Source of the DNA: Paraspadella gotoi
Taxonomy: Eukaryota; Animalia; Chaetognatha
Assembly: GCA_051294375.1 (NCBI GenBank)
Contig: CM119268.1
Location: 17,637,562-17,701,561, forward strand
DNA: 64,000 nucleotides
Reading direction: 5' to 3'
This document shows positions 57,830-64,000 of this stretch, one piece after another. The notes under the pieces were generated by a model. The model saw nothing but the letters and a program-made list of their open reading frames with translations, had not been told where the DNA came from and ran no database searches. Within the stretch, counting starts at the first letter, position 1, and the number at the start of each line of letters is the position of its first letter. The position numbers were made by a program, and so were the translations under genes.

Positions 57830-60800
57830 CCACCACCAGTATCTCAAAAACATGAACGTCATTTCTCATCTACATGGATTTTGGTGGAAAAACATCTTGA
57901 GTGTCAGCCCTCATGCAATTTGCATGACGTCGGAAACGAAGTATGAATGCCCATAAGATTATTCATACAAGTCAGGACCAGTCAGTAATTTCATCATTCA
58001 AACTCTTGCCTTTTACAGCAGAAGGGCATCATAACAAACACATAGCTTTACTTTGTCTTTTCGGATAGAAATGACTAAAGGTAGTTCCATGAGGGATTGC
58101 CGTCTTCATTCTCAACATGTTCAACTTTTTGGACATTTCCAGCATCGATTCCTTTTTCATCTCTTCCCAAAACACAGCTCGAGTTTCAGGATCTTTGTTG
58201 AGCTTTTTCATCAAAGAATTCAGTCTTTTCAGAGCGCGGGCATTTTGAATCTCTGTTTGTTTAAACTTCGGCCGCTTTTCTTCTGCCTTCTTTCCAAGGA
58301 AGACCAACAGGACTAATGGCCCTAGTCAGGGTAAATCTGATAGATTTTCGAATTTGATGCATCGCATATCGTCATCTAAAGAAGGCTGTTTTCTTAGTAC
58401 TAAGGGTTCATCTCAAATCTTTGTGAGAAACAATTCTTTTGATATCTTCCCTAATGGTTTGTTCATCTTCCTTCCAGAAATTCAGCATGTCATTCTTGCC
58501 CACAATCAATCGTGTCTTCATCCACACTTTGACGGGACCGACTAATGTCCATCCAAAATTCGGTTTCATTCCAATAGGAAGGCCCTCATCTCCTCGTCTA
58601 TTTCTCCATTTGGTCCATTATAGGCCAACTTGACGGCGAAGGAGGACTTCAATTTCCTTATGGTCTAATCATAAAAAGATACATCCTCGAGATGAGGCAT
58701 GTCCTTGACTTCATTCGTGTTAGTTGGTGTCTGTCGTCTTCACTTGTCAGAAATCTCCAAACTACACATTTTTCTCATAGTGATGGGAACATATCGTTTT
58801 CCTAGATTTTCTAAGTTTATGTCACAAATTTGTTTCTCAGCTACAGTCACCGAATCATAAGATCTAATTTTATGGTTTTTTTCAGTAGTTTCGATGCCTA
58901 AGCTCTTTCAATCAACACTTTTCTTGATCACACATTATTGCAATCCAGTATCAATCATAGCCCAAGTCGGTTTTTTCATCCATTTCCATTCAATCACCAC
59001 AGGTAACAACAGGCCGGTATGACGACTCACCGGAAGTTGTATGGCTGCAGGCTAGTCAACTTGGACAATTGCTGGAAGGCGCTGTAGCGGGTCGCGTCGA
59101 CGAAAGAGTGTTTGGCGAGGCGGCGTCCTTGCAGCAGCAGCAGTTTGCGGCGTCATGAATTAAGGTTATTGTTCCTTGGTGGTGCCTATTTGAAGTTTCG
59201 AGTTGGTGATGTTTGCAACCACTCTGGCATACGTTTTTGGGTCTCTGCCTCGGGGTAAAAGCTGGGAGTGGAAAACCGTAGCATGCATAATAGTATGATG
59301 AGGCCCATAGCAGACCATACAAGCCTCTCTAGGTTTGAGTGCATTGTTTGCTTGTGGTTTTTTCTACATCTAAATGCACAAACCCATTTCTTTTCATTAC
59401 ATCATTTCTTTCCATCCTTTGAAAGTTTCTTAAAGTTGAAACAGGTTTCTAGCGCAATGCCATTCATTACAACAGGTACGAACATCTATCAATTATTATC
59501 GCTAATATGATTCCAAAACATTCGTCTTTTCAAACATTTCACCTTTCGAGATGCACGAGAAGATGATGGTGGTGATCCTTGGGTGATCCTGAAGACTTGA
59601 CCTTCATTTTACCCCGCCGTTGACGTTCTGCGATGGCCTCGATTGACGTCGATGCCGGCGTTATCCATGGTGACCTTTTTCTTTGCTTCGCGTAGGCCCC
59701 TTTTTCGTAGGTGATCTTTTTCTTTCTTCTGTTGCTTGATCCATAATCCCATATTGGAGTCCATCTAAAGGAGGTTGCTGCTGTAGTTGGTGTTGTGCAG
59801 CCCAGAGGAGGTGCGGCAGCAGGTTGGAGGCAGCAGTTGGATTGATTTGGAGCCGATTCATTTGTAGTACCTCAAAATTTATTCTTATGTTCCTTTCTCT
59901 TTTGCAAGTTGTTTGTAAGTTCCTTCTGACTGATCTTTCCAATTGGTCAAACTTTTTTTCCTGTTTCTTTATTATCGACTTCATGAATTGATGCAGTAAT
60001 TTTGTATTTCGGTGATGACTTGTCTTGGATGGATCTGTCTCGTTGAAGGTCGTTCTGCACATGATAGACGACCTTTGCAAATTCCTAGATCATTCTTCTT
60101 CATTCATCTCACTTACATTTCTCAAATCATTCTCTGTAGAGGAAATCCGCGCTCCTTTTTGATGGTGCTAGTAGTTGCTTTTTTCCAAGTACGGTGCAGG
60201 CTTCATTGTATATTGAGCTTTCTCTCAATCTCTTCGCGATTGTTCTTCATGGCCTCTTCTATGATGTCAATCATCGTAGCATTTCCTTTTCTATTTCCGC
60301 TTTCTTCTTTTAATCTCTTGGTCGTATCGTTCTTCTAGTTTATTACTTTTCTTCTTTGATGAGAGTAGTTCTTGTTGCTCTCGTTCGAAATTGCGGGGAC
60401 GTTTTGGTCGTCCCACGACATTCTTTGTCCTCCGATGGACCTTTGTATCTCATATTCAGGGCCGGAATCCTCATCTTCAAAAACATCATTCGGTTGAATT
60501 TTCATTAATTGCGTCAAAAATATCCATCAATTAAGCTCAGCGTTCCTTAGTGCATCTTGCGTTTGCTTAGGTGCCGTCTCAGCATCTCCACTTCTTGCTC
60601 ATCATTTGCGTCTCATTTTTTCCGGAGGTGGTACATCCCGGCGTGCGACCGCACGGTGTATGTGGGCCGCCATGTGTTTGGGACCGGGCCCTTTTTTCTC
60701 ATCAAGGCATCTTGCGCTTGGAGGGTCCTTTGGGATAAACCTTCCTGCGATCATATTGAACTTTGTCCGGCCTTGGCTTGAAGATCGGACCATCATCTCC

Positions 60801-60965
60801 ATTTCTTCAGCAAATGTGCAATGGCCTCTGGGGTTCCAGCTTGTTTGTATCGTTCAATTGATTCGGCAGAAGGGAGCCAATGGCGTCGCTTGCCTCTTCA
60901 GGTGTGAAATCATCCATATTGATGCTCGCGTACTCCTCTCGAGATCGAGCCAGAAGGACATCATT
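57830..60965 (-). mobile_element. BEL/Pao LTR retrotransposon gag-protease-RT region, frameshifted and truncated within RT
   Basis: Motifs pieced across frameshifts: Gag zinc knuckles (..LETCFNFKKL..FRC..ACMVCYGPHHTIMH, ~59490-59285); protease WAMIDTG (58952-58944); LPIGMKPNFGWTLVGP (~58585-58535); ARALKRLNSLMKKLNKDPE; and the RT start KGKSLNDE..TGPDL..NNLMGI..LRFRRH..RAD..LRYWWW ending ~57830. Order and motifs are those of BEL/Pao. Confidence 0.9.
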
Positions 60966-61799
60966 TTCGATATAAAAAAAATAAAAAATAAATTTCAATT
61001 AAATGAGAGAGCAAGTTTAAATTCGAAATTCAATCAATCCACACAGTATAACAAATTGGCAAAGTCACTTAACAGGAAATTTAATTTCGTAAAATTACAC
61101 ATTTTCCTTGAGACAAAATTTGAATCACAAAATTTTTCGTTATAAAAAATATGTGAATTTGAATATATCTTGCCTAAGGTAATTTTCAAATGATAGACTG
61201 ACGGCATTAAGGCAAACAAAAGGACAATTAATCAATCATTAAATCCATTGAATATCAATCGGTTCATTTATACCATAATCAAGCTTAATTGAATCAATAA
61301 ATCAATACATTAAACAATTCAAATCAATCGGTCGATTAGCCAATTAATCTATTAATCAATCAATCAATCAATTCAATCATCGATCAGACTCACCTTTGGA
61401 TTGATGTTCCGCGTTCAAAGCGGTTCCGTTGTCAAGCTTGGAAAACAAATATAGTTCAATCCAAAAAAAACAAATCACAAACCAACTCACCTTTCCGAAG
61501 CGATGTATACTTTCTTACTTGTAGAGAAGCTTGGCTCTCTCACGCCTCCTTGAGGTTGAGAATGGCTCCACTTGCGTCGCAACGTAATCTGACGAAAAGT
61601 ATCCAAACGTTTGTAGTAATGAAGCGTCGAAATGTCGAAGGAAAAAATGCGGGATTCAAAGTAAATAAATGTATAAATGTAGGTAACGAGACGAAATCTA
61701 GGCAAAATCGAGATCAAAATCGAGAAGAATCTATGAATCGTAGAGAAATCCCAATATAAATCGTTAGAGAAAACTTCAGTAAAAACGTAGTAGGAACTT

Positions 61800-62164
61800 T
61801 GTAAGAAAAGTTAGTTACAGTCTAGAGTGATCCAGTGAATCTAAATCTGTCTTGTTTGGTCTCGTCCAAGTAAAGTTTGGAGGAGAAGAGAGAGAGAAAA
61901 AGAGAGAGAGGAAGAAAGAGAACGAAGAGTGTAGGGCAGCAGTGGCGGCACGGCAGTTGGACCTGACTTCGCCCGAAAAGAGTGGAGAAGAGAGTCCGGT
62001 CAGTCTCTGTCCGGTCGATCGGTCAATCGGTCGATTGGATCAGATTCTGGCCCGTCTCCGTTCGCGTCTCGGCCTTTTTCTTCTTTCAGAACTGGTCAAA
62101 CTTCGACCCTTTGATCTTAAATTTAACCGTTGGTAATTAAGTCACGACCGTCTAAATTTTATAC
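61800..62164 (-). mobile_element. Candidate 5' LTR of the BEL/Pao element
   Basis: The minus strand begins TGTATAAAATTTAG at 62164, and a CTTACA end lies at 61800, upstream of gag. No second LTR is available for confirmation and no PBS was recognised. Confidence 0.3.
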
Positions 62165-63841
62165 AGTACTACTAGATGTACTAGGTATGTTTTTTTCTCA
62201 TGTCCCTTCCCTTTTTTTTACACATCCCTTTCCTTCTCCTCTCCTTTCCTCCATCCCCTATTTTCTTTCCTCCTTCCTCCTGTTCCNNNNNNNNNNNNNN
62301 NNNNNNNNNNNTCCGCCGTTTCTTTCCTCCAACGGAAACGTTTCGTATTTTGAGTTAATCTCTCTCTTTCTCTCTCTTTTCCTTTTTCATCGACGGAGGG
62401 AAAAGAGGAAGGGCGGGAAAAGAAGAAAAAAAAAGAGAAAAAGGAGACCGGATATCAATATTTATCCCGTGTTTTGTGTCAGAGGGTACAAAGGGAAGAA
62501 AGGAGAGAAGAAAAAGAGAAGAAAGGAAATAAAGAAAGGAGGCGGGAGGCCCGTTCAAAGAAGCAAGAAAAAAAATAGAAGACGCTGATCCGGCTTCCGC
62601 AGCTTGGCGGCGTCGGCGGCGACGTCGGCGTTGGCGGCGTCGTTTTATATAATCCTCCCTGTCACTTTGACGCGGATCCGCGGCGTCGGCGGCGGCGGCG
62701 CTGTCGCGGAGGCGTCAAGACGCGTCACCCCGTAACGCGACAATCTCGAAAGCGTCTGTATCGATGATCTTTTTTTTTTGTTCGACGAAAATTGAAACTT
62801 GGTTTAAGAAAAAAAGGAGATGAAGCAGAGGAATTTGGAAAAAAAAAGCGAACCGAAATAAGAAACGAACTTGGTACTTTCTTTTTTTTTTTGGTTTTTG
62901 ATATTTTTGGCGTTTAAACCCACTTTATAGTACTGACGGTGGTGTCTGGAAACGCACTTTCGTCCCAAGGAACTATTTATTATTATTAATATTGATAAAG
63001 TATGGATATTGATAAACTATTACCTCATGAAAAAAATCAATGACTGCGACCGTCTCACTGACTACCTGAGAGACAGCCACTGTGAGTCTTGACCCTCTCC
63101 TTGCCTGCCACAGTGGCTCTCTACCTGGTTGCACTTGAAAATTCCACAGTGAATCTAATTTTCAGCCACAAAGGCGGTCTTTTTGTCAGATGCAGCGACA
63201 GCCGCAGCGTTCCACTCCCGCCACTCTCTCGATATCCACGACGCCTCCTCGGAAATGGAGTCGACGAGGTGACGGTTTTGACGCCGAAGTCTCGCGACGA
63301 AAGAGACGCGGGATCCGAGCGCAGAAATTTCTCAAGATGTTTACGGCATTGGACGAAGCATCAGTGCGGCATCGGTGCATGGGCACGATATCGGTGCGAT
63401 ACTGGCTAAACAGCTTGATATAAAGAATTTATTTCTCGTCACCTATATACTAAACCGACAAGATGGAACCCCGGTTTCAAGGGCAATTCCTGCTGCATCG
63501 ATGCCGCAATACGAGCTAGCCTAGCTGCAGCATGTGTAAGATATCGACGTTGCACCGTCTCGCGCGGCGTCGTCGCCCGCTGCGTCGGAAGTTGAGCTGC
63601 GGTAACAAGATAGATTGCTTCGCTTTGAGGCCGGTTGGCGGCGTCGGCGTCGGCGGCGGCGGTGGCGGCGGTGGCGGCGGTGTGGCAGCGGCGGCCTCTC
63701 CGTATCCGTTTCCCCATTTCCAGGGTCAAAGACTTTTTTCAAAGTCATTTCGCTCCCCGGTTCCGAAAGCGATCGATCATGCGAAGTCGCCGTCACGTGA
63801 CTGGAAAGACAGAGAGAGAGAGAGAGAGAGAAGAGAGAGAG

Positions 63842-63907
<66 letters not shown>

Positions 63908-64000
63908 GTCACGCCCGCGTCAGTACGGTTACCGGCAGGTTCCACTCTTTGGTGAATAGGATTATAGATGGATGCACTTTTACACGCTTATAAAAATATA

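Noticed and set aside
63089-63729. Overlapping GC-rich ORFs near the window end
   Set aside because: No recognisable motif. ORFs on both strands are expected at this GC content, and the splice signals do not define a consistent frame.

Overview
Eukaryotic, most likely invertebrate-animal, non-coding-dominated DNA from a noisy draft assembly. It is AT-rich, saturated with (GA)n and other microsatellites, not visibly CpG-depleted, and has many N gaps and frequent 1-bp indels. Almost all ORFs in the supplied track are microsatellite or gap artefacts. Supportable content: (1) three short exon pieces of an SLC22/MFS organic-cation-transporter-like gene at ~11.6-12.0 kb (+); (2) a frameshifted, 3'-truncated BEL/Pao LTR-retrotransposon gag-protease-RT region at ~57.8-61.0 kb (-), preceded by two perfect splice donors and a candidate LTR; (3) a minimal type-I hammerhead ribozyme motif of the Penelope-associated kind at 24.82-24.86 kb, plus a decayed look-alike near 52.98 kb; (4) small non-autonomous elements: a TTAA-flanked GGG...CCC Kolobok-like element in two copies, a Helentron/HINE-like end, a 609-bp insertion present in only one of two duplicate copies, a small TIR element and a tRNA-Glu-like relic; (5) a ~1.9-kb inverted and a ~8.4-kb tandem duplication, probably assembly or haplotype duplications; (6) CCAAT-box clusters with ~30-34 bp spacing and several unassigned exon candidates. 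I found no convincing novel multi-gene system. The best leads are the ribozyme unit, the apparently spliced BEL leader and the insertion into a five-CCAAT cluster.
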